Virus record (IMG/VR): IMGVR_UViG_3300031851_000001
Reading direction: 5' to 3' (one strand)
DNA: 64,000 nucleotides
Origin: a virus
Lineage: Duplodnaviria > Caudoviricetes
The position numbers and the translations under genes were made by a program. The notes under the pieces were generated by a model. That model was not told the origin of the DNA. It saw only the letters and a list, made by a program, of their open reading frames with translations, and searched no databases. Below are positions 1-7,978 of this stretch, in pieces; positions within the stretch are counted from its first letter, which is position 1, and each line of letters opens with the position of its first letter.

Positions 1-108
1 ACAGACATCTCAGGCGAAAGCACTGAAGTACAAGCAATATGCAATGCAGTTTGGACAGACGCGATTAAAACGTTATACCAAGAAGCAATGGACGCTGAGG
101 CAGTATAA
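1..108 (+). CDS. 3' end of small conserved phage protein (partial)
   Basis: Frame 1 open from base 1 to TAA 106-108: TDISGESTEVQAICNAVWTDAIKTLYQEAMDAEAV. Resembles the DISGE..EVQAIC.AVWT motif of small marine phage proteins (recalled, not searched). Confidence 0.6.
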   Translation, partial: TDISGESTEVQAICNAVWTDAIKTLYQEAMDAEAV

Positions 109-113
109 AACTA

Positions 114-142
114 TTGACATTTGATTGAATCTATGATATTAT
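114..142 (+). promoter_or_regulatory. sigma70-type early promoter
   Basis: TTGACA(114-119)-N17-TATTAT(137-142) with TGn extension, upstream of ATG 171. Confidence 0.75.
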
Positions 143-170
143 AGATTTAAATTAACTTGAGGTTTATATT

Positions 171-839
171 ATGTTTAATCATGTAGAGCACGATGTAGTG
201 CTCCCAAAACTAACACGTAAAACTACCGAAGCAGGTAGAAGATATTTTACGCCAGATGGATCAGCATATCCATCAATAACCACAGTACTTGGCATATTAA
301 GTAAACAAGGTATTCTTGAGTGGCGTAAACGTGTCGGTGAGGCAGAGGCAAATAGAATTTCTACTCAAGCTGCCACACGAGGGACTGCGGTCCATAAATT
401 AGCAGAAGATTATATTGATAACGTTGAAGGATGGTCTAAAGGTGCTATGCCTGCAAACATCGCTTCGTTTAATGATCTTAAAACAATTTTGGATGAACGT
501 TTAGACAATGTTTGGTTCCAAGAAGAATTTCTATATAGTGATCGCCTTAAGTGTGCGGGACAAGTAGATTGTATTGCAGAGTTTGATGGTCAACTATCTA
601 TCGTTGATTTTAAAACATCTCGCAAACCAAAAAAGGAAGAATGGATTACAAGTTATTTTATCCAAGCATCCTTTTATGCCGCAGCGTTTTATGAACGAAC
701 CGGCATACCAATTAAACAAGGTGTGATTCTGATTACCGTGGATGGTTCAGAGCCTCAAGTTTTTAAAGTAAACACGTATGATTATTTAGAACACTTCTTA
801 AAAGTACGTAAAGAATATAAAAAGCAAAAAGGAATATAA
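171..839 (+). CDS. PD-(D/E)XK (Cas4-like) phage exonuclease
   Basis: YPSITTVL, ATRGTAVH, AGQVDCIA and IVDFKTS motifs typical of the T4-like marine phage exonuclease. Confidence 0.8.
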   Translation: MFNHVEHDVVLPKLTRKTTEAGRRYFTPDGSAYPSITTVLGILSKQGILEWRKRVGEAEANRISTQAATRGTAVHKLAEDYIDNVEGWSKGAMPANIASFNDLKTILDERLDNVWFQEEFLYSDRLKCAGQVDCIAEFDGQLSIVDFKTSRKPKKEEWITSYFIQASFYAAAFYERTGIPIKQGVILITVDGSEPQVFKVNTYDYLEHFLKVRKEYKKQKGI

Positions 840-840
840 T

Positions 841-1071
841 ATGATTGATAGAAACAAAATGTTGGAAGCTATGCGTTCACATGCACAAGGTCACATTGAT
901 AAACATAAAATGAATGTCGAAGTATATCTTGCAAACCCTGCAGGTATTGGCGAACATCCTGATGTGTTTGAAGCAATGGAATTAGAAATCTTAGAAATGG
1001 CAAAATACCAAGACGTATTAGACATGATTGGAATTCATTTTAAAGAACCACAAGAACCACGCGTAGTATAG
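841..1071 (+). CDS. conserved hypothetical phage protein
   Basis: 76-aa ORF starting 1 nt after the upstream stop; NPAGIGEHPD motif. Confidence 0.7.
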   Translation: MIDRNKMLEAMRSHAQGHIDKHKMNVEVYLANPAGIGEHPDVFEAMELEILEMAKYQDVLDMIGIHFKEPQEPRVV

Positions 1072-1072
1072 A

Positions 1073-1101
1073 TTGACATCTGCTATAAACTGTGATATAT
1101 T
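1073..1101 (+). promoter_or_regulatory. sigma70-type early promoter
   Basis: TTGACA(1073-1078)-N17-TATATT(1096-1101), TGn extension. Confidence 0.7.
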
Positions 1102-1126
1102 GATTCTAAATTAAAGGAGAATCAAA

Positions 1127-1294
1127 ATGGTTGAAGTAGCACACGATATAAAAGTTATTGAAAATGCGTTAATAGCAATTAACGAAGGGGCGGCTGATGA
1201 GAAATTTGCTGCCCTTCATAGTTTGGAAAAACTACTGATAGAAAAGAAAGATATGTTGTCAAATTTTGAAGCACTTGAAGCTTCTTGGAAATAA
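1127..1294 (+). CDS. small hypothetical protein (55 aa, not in ORF track)
   Basis: Strong SD AAGGAG, ATG 1127, TAA 1292-1294; MVEVAHDIKVIENALIAINEGAADEKFAALHSLEKLLIEKKDMLSNFEALEASWK; has its own promoter. Confidence 0.75.
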   Translation: MVEVAHDIKVIENALIAINEGAADEKFAALHSLEKLLIEKKDMLSNFEALEASWK

Positions 1295-1307
1295 ATAAAA
1301 TTAACTA

Positions 1308-1336
1308 TTGACATTCGTTATGAAATTGGTTATATT
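1308..1336 (+). promoter_or_regulatory. sigma70-type early promoter
   Basis: AACTATTGACATT...TATATTAGAATCAA; TTGACA 1308-1313, N17, TATATT 1331-1336. Confidence 0.75.
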
Positions 1337-1363
1337 AGAATCAATCAATAAGGAAACTATATT

Positions 1364-1672
1364 ATGACAAAATTTGACAAAACAAAGTTCAGCTACCACG
1401 GTGGATACTTAATGTACCAAGGCGATTATGAAGGTCGTCCAGTATGGGAAGCACATCCTCGCATCCATCCTTCAAACGTTGGAAAAGGTAAGGATCTTTT
1501 CATCGCTCGGTTTAAATATAAAGGACCGATTACAAAAGCAAAGTTTCTTAAAGAACTTATTGCTAATCACACAGTTGAAGATTACGCAAATGCTTACTTG
1601 TTTGGTATGACTCCTCACGCAATTCTTGCTAACAAAAACCCTGAATGGCATGATAAAATAATGGGAAAGTAA
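1364..1672 (+). CDS. hypothetical protein
   Basis: 102-aa ORF, SD AAGGA, follows promoter. Confidence 0.7.
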   Translation: MTKFDKTKFSYHGGYLMYQGDYEGRPVWEAHPRIHPSNVGKGKDLFIARFKYKGPITKAKFLKELIANHTVEDYANAYLFGMTPHAILANKNPEWHDKIMGK

Positions 1673-1673
1673 T

Positions 1674-2258
1674 ATGAATATATTCGTCTTATCAGAAGAG
1701 CCGCGCGAAGCGGCTCAAATGATGTGTGACAAGCACTGCTCAAAAATGATAGTTGAGGCAGGTCAAATGTTGTCCACTGCACATCGTATGCTTGATGGTT
1801 ATATGGAAAAACGACCTTCAAAATCTGGCAAACGTATGGTAAAATACTATGTTCACAACAGTGGAAACATGGAAGAAATACTATATAAAGCTGTTCATCA
1901 CGCACATCCATGTACGGTATGGACGATGGCATCTAAGGCCAATTATATATGGCACTACGAGCACCTTTTAGGGCTTTCTGATGAGTTCCAACTAAGGTAT
2001 AAAAAGACTCATATGACTATAAACAAATTAAAAGATATCCTTTCTACACCTCCTACAAACATACCAGACATTGGTTTGACTGAGTTCCCTCAAGCTATGA
2101 ACCACTATCCAGAATGTAAAGTTGAAGGTAATCCAGTACAGGCATATCGTAATTATTATCATGCTGCTAAGGAATTCGCGGTATGGCAAAAAGGTAGAAT
2201 AGCACCATATTGGTGGGAAGGGTTTAAAGGGTATCCACTTGAAGTACATAATAATTGA
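1674..2258 (+). CDS. pyrimidine-dimer DNA glycosylase / endonuclease V-like family protein
   Basis: MNIFVL...CDKHCSKMIVEAGQMLSTAH, HAHPCTVW and FPQAM...NPVQAYRNYY motifs. Confidence 0.6.
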   Translation: MNIFVLSEEPREAAQMMCDKHCSKMIVEAGQMLSTAHRMLDGYMEKRPSKSGKRMVKYYVHNSGNMEEILYKAVHHAHPCTVWTMASKANYIWHYEHLLGLSDEFQLRYKKTHMTINKLKDILSTPPTNIPDIGLTEFPQAMNHYPECKVEGNPVQAYRNYYHAAKEFAVWQKGRIAPYWWEGFKGYPLEVHNN

Positions 2259-2562
2259 TCCAGACGACGGTGTATTTTTAGGTACACGAAACGATGAGGA
2301 AATGGGTGGAGTAGGAATGTTGTTTTCTGCACATAACTTTTTAGAGTTAACACAAGCGGTTTCTTGGAAGACGCGCAGAGAAGCATTTGAATATATGCAC
2401 AAATTTATTAGACCACATTTAAAGCATTGTTTCGTTGCTGAAATAGAGTCTTATTCTGATTCTTCATTTGTTACTATATACGACATATGTAGATCTGGTT
2501 ACGGAGATCACGGTACGGAAATGATTGACTCATTACCAATGCCAAATCAAACCGTACATTAA
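2239..2562 (+). CDS. hypothetical protein
   Basis: 107-aa ORF overlapping the upstream stop region. Confidence 0.6.
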   Translation: MKYIIIDPDDGVFLGTRNDEEMGGVGMLFSAHNFLELTQAVSWKTRREAFEYMHKFIRPHLKHCFVAEIESYSDSSFVTIYDICRSGYGDHGTEMIDSLPMPNQTVH

Positions 2563-2586
2563 TTTCGTATGAAATGAAATTAACTA

Positions 2587-2615
2587 TTGACATTTACTAT
2601 TTTATTTGGTATATT
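2587..2615 (+). promoter_or_regulatory. sigma70-type early promoter
   Basis: TTGACA 2587-2592, N17, TGG-TATATT 2610-2615; flanks nearly identical to the 1308 promoter. Confidence 0.75.
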
Positions 2616-2642
2616 AGAATCAACAAATAAAGGAATACTAAA

Positions 2643-2915
2643 ATGTTAAACTACGAAATCTTATCAAACGTAAAAGCTGTTAAAGCCGAACTTATTGAGT
2701 TGGCTGGAAATTATGGCGAGTTCCATAACTTGTACATTGACGATGTAAACGATGTTGACACTGCTATCGCACTTTATGAAGCAGCCGATCCTCAAAAATT
2801 AGCAAAACATATTGATGAAATGGACACTGCACCACGTGAAGAATTAATCGTGGCATTTGCAAACGATCTTGGTAAAGATTTTGTCGCAGACGTTCTTGGT
2901 TACGAAGTTAGATAA
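2643..2915 (+). CDS. hypothetical acidic protein
   Basis: 90-aa ORF, SD AAGGA, own promoter. Confidence 0.7.
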   Translation: MLNYEILSNVKAVKAELIELAGNYGEFHNLYIDDVNDVDTAIALYEAADPQKLAKHIDEMDTAPREELIVAFANDLGKDFVADVLGYEVR

Positions 2916-2932
2916 TAAAATGAAAACAACTA

Positions 2933-2961
2933 TTGACATTCTCAATAGAATCAGTTATATT
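2933..2961 (+). promoter_or_regulatory. sigma70-type early promoter
   Basis: AACTATTGACATT; TTGACA 2933-2938, N17, TATATT 2956-2961. Confidence 0.75.
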
Positions 2962-2990
2962 AGTTATATACAAAATGAAAAGGAAATGAA

Positions 2991-3944
2991 ATGTCTCACG
3001 AACTAGAAATGGTTAACGGTCAAGCTCAGATGGCTTACCGCGCAAGTAAAGGTCTACCTTGGCATGGTCTTGGTACACCGGTATCAGACGATATGTCACC
3101 ACAAGAAATGATGAAAGCTGCTGGTCTTGACTGGGAAGTTGAAGAATCAGAATGCTTTGCACGTTGGAAAGGCGATGTTGTAGCAACTGGTCAAAAAGCG
3201 CTTATTCGTTCAACTGACGGAAAAGTACTAACACAAGTTGGTAAAGGTTGGAACCCTGTTCAAAATGCTGATGCATTTGACTTTTTTACTGAATTCGTAT
3301 CAAGTGGCGATATGCAAATGGATACCGCAGGTTCTCTTAAAGATGGACGTTTGGTATGGGCATTAGCAGATGTACAAGATGGTTTTGAACTATTTGGTGG
3401 AGATGAGGTAAAAGGTTACCTACTATTTTCTAATCCACATATCTATGGTAAATCCATTGACATCAAATTTGTTATGGAACGTGTAGTTTGTAACAACACA
3501 TTAGCAGTGGCTTTACATGAAAAAGGTCAACCATCTGTACGTGTAAATCATCGTTCAGTGTTTGATCCAGCAAGTGTAAAAGAAATCCTTGGTATTGGTC
3601 ACAATAAAGTTGAGGAATTCAAAAATGCCGCAGAGTTTCTTGGTTCAAAACGTTACACTGATGAGAAACTTACTGAGTTCTTTGGTGTTGTGTTTGGAAA
3701 ATCCACAAAGGAAAAAGAAACTTTGGCTCGTACTGCTAAAGATGCGATGGCTATCGTCGAGGATCAACCTGGGCACGAATATGCACCCGGAACTTGGTGG
3801 AATGCCTACAACGCAGTTACATATATGACTGACCATAACTTAGGTCGTTCAGCTGACTCGCGTATGGCTTCTGCATGGTTTGGTGGAAACGCAAAACGTA
3901 AAGTTGATGCATTGACTGTCGCATTAGACATGGCTGATGCTTAA
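2991..3944 (+). CDS. DUF932 / phage-plasmid-like protein (TIGR03299-type)
   Basis: MSHELE...MAY....PWHGLG, AGLDWEV, ETAGSL-like DTAGSLKDGR, RVVCNNTL, GTWWNAYNAVT motifs. Confidence 0.8.
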   Translation: MSHELEMVNGQAQMAYRASKGLPWHGLGTPVSDDMSPQEMMKAAGLDWEVEESECFARWKGDVVATGQKALIRSTDGKVLTQVGKGWNPVQNADAFDFFTEFVSSGDMQMDTAGSLKDGRLVWALADVQDGFELFGGDEVKGYLLFSNPHIYGKSIDIKFVMERVVCNNTLAVALHEKGQPSVRVNHRSVFDPASVKEILGIGHNKVEEFKNAAEFLGSKRYTDEKLTEFFGVVFGKSTKEKETLARTAKDAMAIVEDQPGHEYAPGTWWNAYNAVTYMTDHNLGRSADSRMASAWFGGNAKRKVDALTVALDMADA

Positions 3945-4032
3945 ACTTTACGCACAAGTTATTGCATGGGGATTAGTATTTGGTCTAATCCTCATTGCAT
4001 TAGATCCTTTAATGATTATTCGTGGAATATAA
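3937..4032 (+). CDS. putative 31-aa single-pass membrane protein (not in ORF track)
   Basis: ATG overlaps the upstream stop; MLKLYAQVIAWGLVFGLILIALDPLMIIRGI; fills the gap, ending 3 nt before the next ATG. Confidence 0.5.
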   Translation: MLKLYAQVIAWGLVFGLILIALDPLMIIRGI

Positions 4033-4035
4033 CAA

Positions 4036-4392
4036 ATGAACTATACTTTAATTTATATTGGCTTTCATCTCGGTGGAATTATTGGCTATCAATATTTTGA
4101 TGATCCCTATTACTTACTCCTTAGCGCATTACCTATCTTATACGCACTGTTTCAATTTGTAAAAGTAAGCATCTTAGTACTCAGTCCCGCATGGGATGTT
4201 GAATTATCATATGCTGACCATATTCCTGTTAATTGGAAATTTTTACATAACGCAGTTATGGCATTATCAACATATTTAATTTGGTCTGCTGGTTATCAGT
4301 TTTTTGCAGGCATAGTTTCTTTATATATATTCGTTGTAGTTGGCTCACTGATCGTTACAGAGTCCAACGTTAATCTTGGAGATGAGGACTAA
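4036..4392 (+). CDS. hypothetical membrane protein
   Basis: 118 aa, several hydrophobic segments. Confidence 0.65.
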   Translation: MNYTLIYIGFHLGGIIGYQYFDDPYYLLLSALPILYALFQFVKVSILVLSPAWDVELSYADHIPVNWKFLHNAVMALSTYLIWSAGYQFFAGIVSLYIFVVVGSLIVTESNVNLGDED

Positions 4393-4395
4393 TTA

Positions 4396-4827
4396 ATGAA
4401 AATATTGATTTTTGGCTTGCCGGGTTCTGGTAAAACTTGGCTAGCCGAACGATTACAAAAACGTTTAGAATGTGCTTGGTTTAATGCAGACGAAATACGT
4501 CGTATGGCTAATGACTGGGAATTTTCTGAAGCAGCAAGATATCGTCAAGCACATCGAATGGCATCTATTGCTAACCACGAAAAGTATCATGATCGTACAG
4601 TTATATGTGACTTTGTTTGTCCAACTGAAGTTACTAGGGCTATTTTTGATGCTGACTATACTGTATGGATGGACACTATTAAAGAAGGTCGATTTAAAGA
4701 TACGAATAAAATGTTTGAGACACCACTTATTAATAACGTAAATTATCATGTAGAAAAATGGTTTGATAACACAGATGAAGCTTTAGCCGATGCTATCGCA
4801 AGACATATAAGGATTAATGATGTTTGA
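4396..4827 (+). CDS. adenylylsulfate-kinase-like (CysC-like) P-loop kinase
   Basis: GLPGSGKT Walker A, NADEIRR, FSEAAR, VICDFVCP. Confidence 0.7.
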   Translation: MKILIFGLPGSGKTWLAERLQKRLECAWFNADEIRRMANDWEFSEAARYRQAHRMASIANHEKYHDRTVICDFVCPTEVTRAIFDADYTVWMDTIKEGRFKDTNKMFETPLINNVNYHVEKWFDNTDEALADAIARHIRINDV

Positions 4828-5227
4828 TTATAAAAAGCCAACAGTACAAATGTTGGGAAGATGGCAGCCATGGCACGATGGACATACTGAACTGTTTAAA
4901 CGTGCACATTCAGTTACAGGTCAAGTTGTTATTATGATCCGTGACGTGTTTAATTTTGAAGGTGACGCAGGCGCAGGACGTACTGCCAAACAAGATGATA
5001 ATCCTTTTGGTATTATTGATGTAATTGCTAATATTGAAAAAGGATTAGCCCCACATGGCTTTTACAATGGAAACCAGTATTTAATTCTTGAAGTGCCAAA
5101 CATTGTAGATATTAGTTATGGCCGTGGTGTTGGATATACATTTACTGAACATGATTTAGGTAAAGATATACATGATATATCGGCTACTAAAATCCGTAAA
5201 CAAATGAGAGAAGACGGTAAATTATAA
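4817..5227 (+). CDS. HxGH-family nucleotidyltransferase (cytidylyl/adenylyltransferase-like)
   Basis: GRWQPWHDGH, NPF and ISATKIR motifs. Confidence 0.75.
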   Translation: MMFDYKKPTVQMLGRWQPWHDGHTELFKRAHSVTGQVVIMIRDVFNFEGDAGAGRTAKQDDNPFGIIDVIANIEKGLAPHGFYNGNQYLILEVPNIVDISYGRGVGYTFTEHDLGKDIHDISATKIRKQMREDGKL

Positions 5228-5551
5228 ATGTCGTTAGAATCATTCTTTCACGAAGAAGATAAACCTACTAAATGGGGTTCGCCTGTCGAAAAGCAGACGC
5301 ACCTTCGCATCAAACTCAGTATAGCCGCTTATGCTTATGAAATTGAAAATTCTGAAATAATGTCGGATGCTGAGTTTGATAAGAAATGTCTGGAAGTAGA
5401 TACATCTATTGATACTGGTAACGAGGTAATGGATAGGTTCTTTCGAGAACAATTTGATTCCTCAACAGGGCAATGGATACATCGTCATCCAGAATTAAAC
5501 GAGGTCAAACAGACCTACAATAAATACTACAAATTGAAAAGGAATACATAA
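5228..5551 (+). CDS. stand-alone NAD-dependent DNA ligase domain Ia-like protein
   Basis: AAYAYE...IMSDAEFD matches the ligase N-terminal YY...ISDAEYD motif; no KxDG catalytic domain. Confidence 0.55.
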   Translation: MSLESFFHEEDKPTKWGSPVEKQTHLRIKLSIAAYAYEIENSEIMSDAEFDKKCLEVDTSIDTGNEVMDRFFREQFDSSTGQWIHRHPELNEVKQTYNKYYKLKRNT

Positions 5552-5793
5552 TGAATGATACAGCAAGTGTAACAGCGGACGAATTACGTGCGTTTATTGA
5601 ACGGATTGAAACCTTGGAAGAAGAAAAGGCAGCGGTTGCTGACCAAATTAGAGAAGTAATGTCTGAAGCAAAAGGTCGTGGATACGAAGCAAAAATCCTA
5701 CGCAAAATCGTTTCAATTCGTAAACGTAATCGTGACGATGTTGATAATGAAAACGCTATTACTGAACTGTACATGGATGCATTAGGAATGTAA
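5551..5793 (+). CDS. gapR: GapR/DUF2312 nucleoid-associated DNA-binding protein
   Basis: ADELRAFIERIETLEEEKAAVADQIREVMSEAKGRGYEAKILRKIVSIRK. Confidence 0.85.
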   Translation: MNDTASVTADELRAFIERIETLEEEKAAVADQIREVMSEAKGRGYEAKILRKIVSIRKRNRDDVDNENAITELYMDALGM

Positions 5794-6539
5794 TGCGACC
5801 TCAATACGAAATTACAGTACCTTATTATCAACAGCAAGAATCAAACGAGCCACAACTCAATTCAGCTGAAGATGGGCATCGTTACGCGATGTTTGTTAAG
5901 GGTAACGATCATTTAATCAACGGAAGAACTTATTGTTTCCAAGATGAAGATGGTAATTACGTTAGTACTTTTGTAAGCCAATATTCTGATATTATTGAAC
6001 AAAACCTAGAACCGCGTGTGAAGGAGGGTGTACTTGCTTTGCACGCGAAAGGTTATTTAACATTTACTAGTTGCCAAGGGCATGACGACTCAAAGCATAG
6101 GTATATTGGAGTAGTATTCAATAATAAAGAACAAAAGAAAGAATTTATTGAATCAGTAGATAAACTTAATTGTAATATCCACTGGTACGATAATACGATA
6201 AACACTGTTGAAAGACCGTGCCATGAAATACCTTGGTGGTCTGAAGGTGGTATAACGTTACACATTGTTTATGACGACCAAAAATATAACGAAGCACCAC
6301 AACAAAGACGCAGACAAAAACCATATACTGATTTAGAACTTACTAAATTTTGGAATATACAAACTAATCGTAACTATACTCATTATGAATGTATAGTATT
6401 TTCGTTTGGTTATCCAATGGTAGAAAAGAGTATATGGCAGAGAATACACAAATGGTTATTCTACAAACAAGACAAAGTCGAAGATTCATATAATGACTTT
6501 TTGTCTAAAGCGTCATATCTCCCAGACTATCTCGCATAA
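5793..6539 (+). CDS. hypothetical protein with TSCQGH motif
   Basis: 248-aa ORF, TAATG overlap with gapR. Confidence 0.7.
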   Translation: MRPQYEITVPYYQQQESNEPQLNSAEDGHRYAMFVKGNDHLINGRTYCFQDEDGNYVSTFVSQYSDIIEQNLEPRVKEGVLALHAKGYLTFTSCQGHDDSKHRYIGVVFNNKEQKKEFIESVDKLNCNIHWYDNTINTVERPCHEIPWWSEGGITLHIVYDDQKYNEAPQQRRRQKPYTDLELTKFWNIQTNRNYTHYECIVFSFGYPMVEKSIWQRIHKWLFYKQDKVEDSYNDFLSKASYLPDYLA

Positions 6540-6565
6540 AAAAAGGGAAGCCCGAAAGCTTCCCC
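6538..6565 (-). terminator. intrinsic terminator after g23
   Basis: Minus strand GGGAAGCT-TTCG-GGCTTCCC followed by 7 T; UUCG tetraloop. Confidence 0.85.
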
Positions 6566-6594
6566 AGTTAGTATCGTTAACCGATATCTTGCTT

Positions 6595-7911
6595 TTAGAA
6601 CAAGTTGTTTACAATTACACGACGGTAGTAAACGTTTGTGTCTGCTTCTAGTTCGCCCGGAGGTGTACCTTGAGTTGCACCTTTTGCAAATGGGTTTGAA
6701 ACCATTCCGTAACGAGTTTTAAAGCCGATTTTTGGTTGGAAAGAATTCTCACCAACTGCACGAACCATTTGTAATGGCACATATGGACAATAGAATAGAC
6801 CAGCATCGAAAGATGATGAACCTTTATATCCTACTACCATGTAGTTAGCGCCTGCATATGGGTCGATATACACTTTGTAACGTCCGTTAAGAACACCAGC
6901 AAATGTGTTGCCTGTATCATCAACGTTTAGTGAGTTAGAGTTAAGAGCTGGTGTGTAATCTAGGACACCTGCCATTTGAAGTGCAGAAGCAACATCAGAT
7001 GAACAGATAACCATGTTACCTTTACCACGTCTTGTGCCTTTAGCAATCGCGTTAGCTTCTTGCTCGATTTGGAACATAAGACCTTTGAACTTCTCTACTG
7101 ACCAACGACCGTTAGCATCAACATCTAAGTCGAATGTGCCCGGAGTTGCCGTTGCGCTCGCGCCTTGTACCGCGTTAGTGTAGATTGTACGAACTAATTC
7201 ACGGTTGATTTCTACTAGGATTTCAGACTGTAGAATGTTCGCTAGTTCTGTTTCAGCATCCAAACCGTGTACGGCTTTAAGATCCTGAGCAAGCTCTGTT
7301 GTGTATTCAGCTTTTAAAGCTCTTGACTTAGCAGCTACTGTAACTTTTTCGATTGAGAAAGCCATTTCAGCAAATGCGTCGCCAGTTGAACCAAGTGCTT
7401 CAGCATCGGCTGTATCCATACCAGTACCAGTTGTTACTGATGCTTGACCTGGAGCGTTTGCAGAGTGAGTACCTGCACCAGAGAATGAAGTATCTGCTTC
7501 GTTGTAGAATACTTCGTTAGCAGCAGTTTGGTTAGTATGTGTTGAACGCATTGCGAAGATCAAGCCTGTTGGGCCTGTCATTGGCTGAACGCCAGCAATA
7601 TCGTATGCGATCAAGTTTGGCATTGCACGACGTACTAATGAGATAAGTACTGGGTCGTAACCAGCTGTTGGTCCGCCAGCAGCAGAAGTAGAAGCGAAAC
7701 CGCCTGTGCCTACATCGTTCGCAGCTGTTTCAGAAAGCAAGCCTGTCATGTTAGCAGATAAGTCGCCTGACTCTGCTAAAGCTTTTTCTGTGTTTTCAAG
7801 AATTGTCGCTGTGACAGATTTCTTGTGGTTGTCTGTAATAGCAGAAAAAGAGGAATGCTCCAAGATTGGACCCCATTTTTCAACTAATGCTTGATAGTTT
7901 GACTGAGTCAT
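6595..7911 (-). CDS. g23: major capsid protein gp23
   Basis: YDPVLISLVRRAMPNL, GVQPMTGPTGLIFAMR, KSRALKAEYT, FYCPYVPLQ, FQPKIGFKTRYG. Confidence 0.97.
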   Translation of the reverse strand: MTQSNYQALVEKWGPILEHSSFSAITDNHKKSVTATILENTEKALAESGDLSANMTGLLSETAANDVGTGGFASTSAAGGPTAGYDPVLISLVRRAMPNLIAYDIAGVQPMTGPTGLIFAMRSTHTNQTAANEVFYNEADTSFSGAGTHSANAPGQASVTTGTGMDTADAEALGSTGDAFAEMAFSIEKVTVAAKSRALKAEYTTELAQDLKAVHGLDAETELANILQSEILVEINRELVRTIYTNAVQGASATATPGTFDLDVDANGRWSVEKFKGLMFQIEQEANAIAKGTRRGKGNMVICSSDVASALQMAGVLDYTPALNSNSLNVDDTGNTFAGVLNGRYKVYIDPYAGANYMVVGYKGSSSFDAGLFYCPYVPLQMVRAVGENSFQPKIGFKTRYGMVSNPFAKGATQGTPPGELEADTNVYYRRVIVNNLF

Positions 7912-7945
7912 TAGATTCTATCTCCTTGTTGATTTATTCTGGATA

Positions 7946-7953
7946 TATTTATA
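7946..7953 (-). promoter_or_regulatory. T4-type late promoter (g23)
   Basis: TATAAATA on minus strand 35 nt upstream of the g23 ATG. Confidence 0.85.
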
Positions 7954-7978
7954 AAAGTTAGGTTTTTCATTGGGTTAC

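Noticed and set aside
171-839. Cas4-like nuclease suggesting a CRISPR system
   Set aside because: No repeat-spacer array or other cas genes in the window; solo Cas4-like exonucleases are common in T4-like phages.
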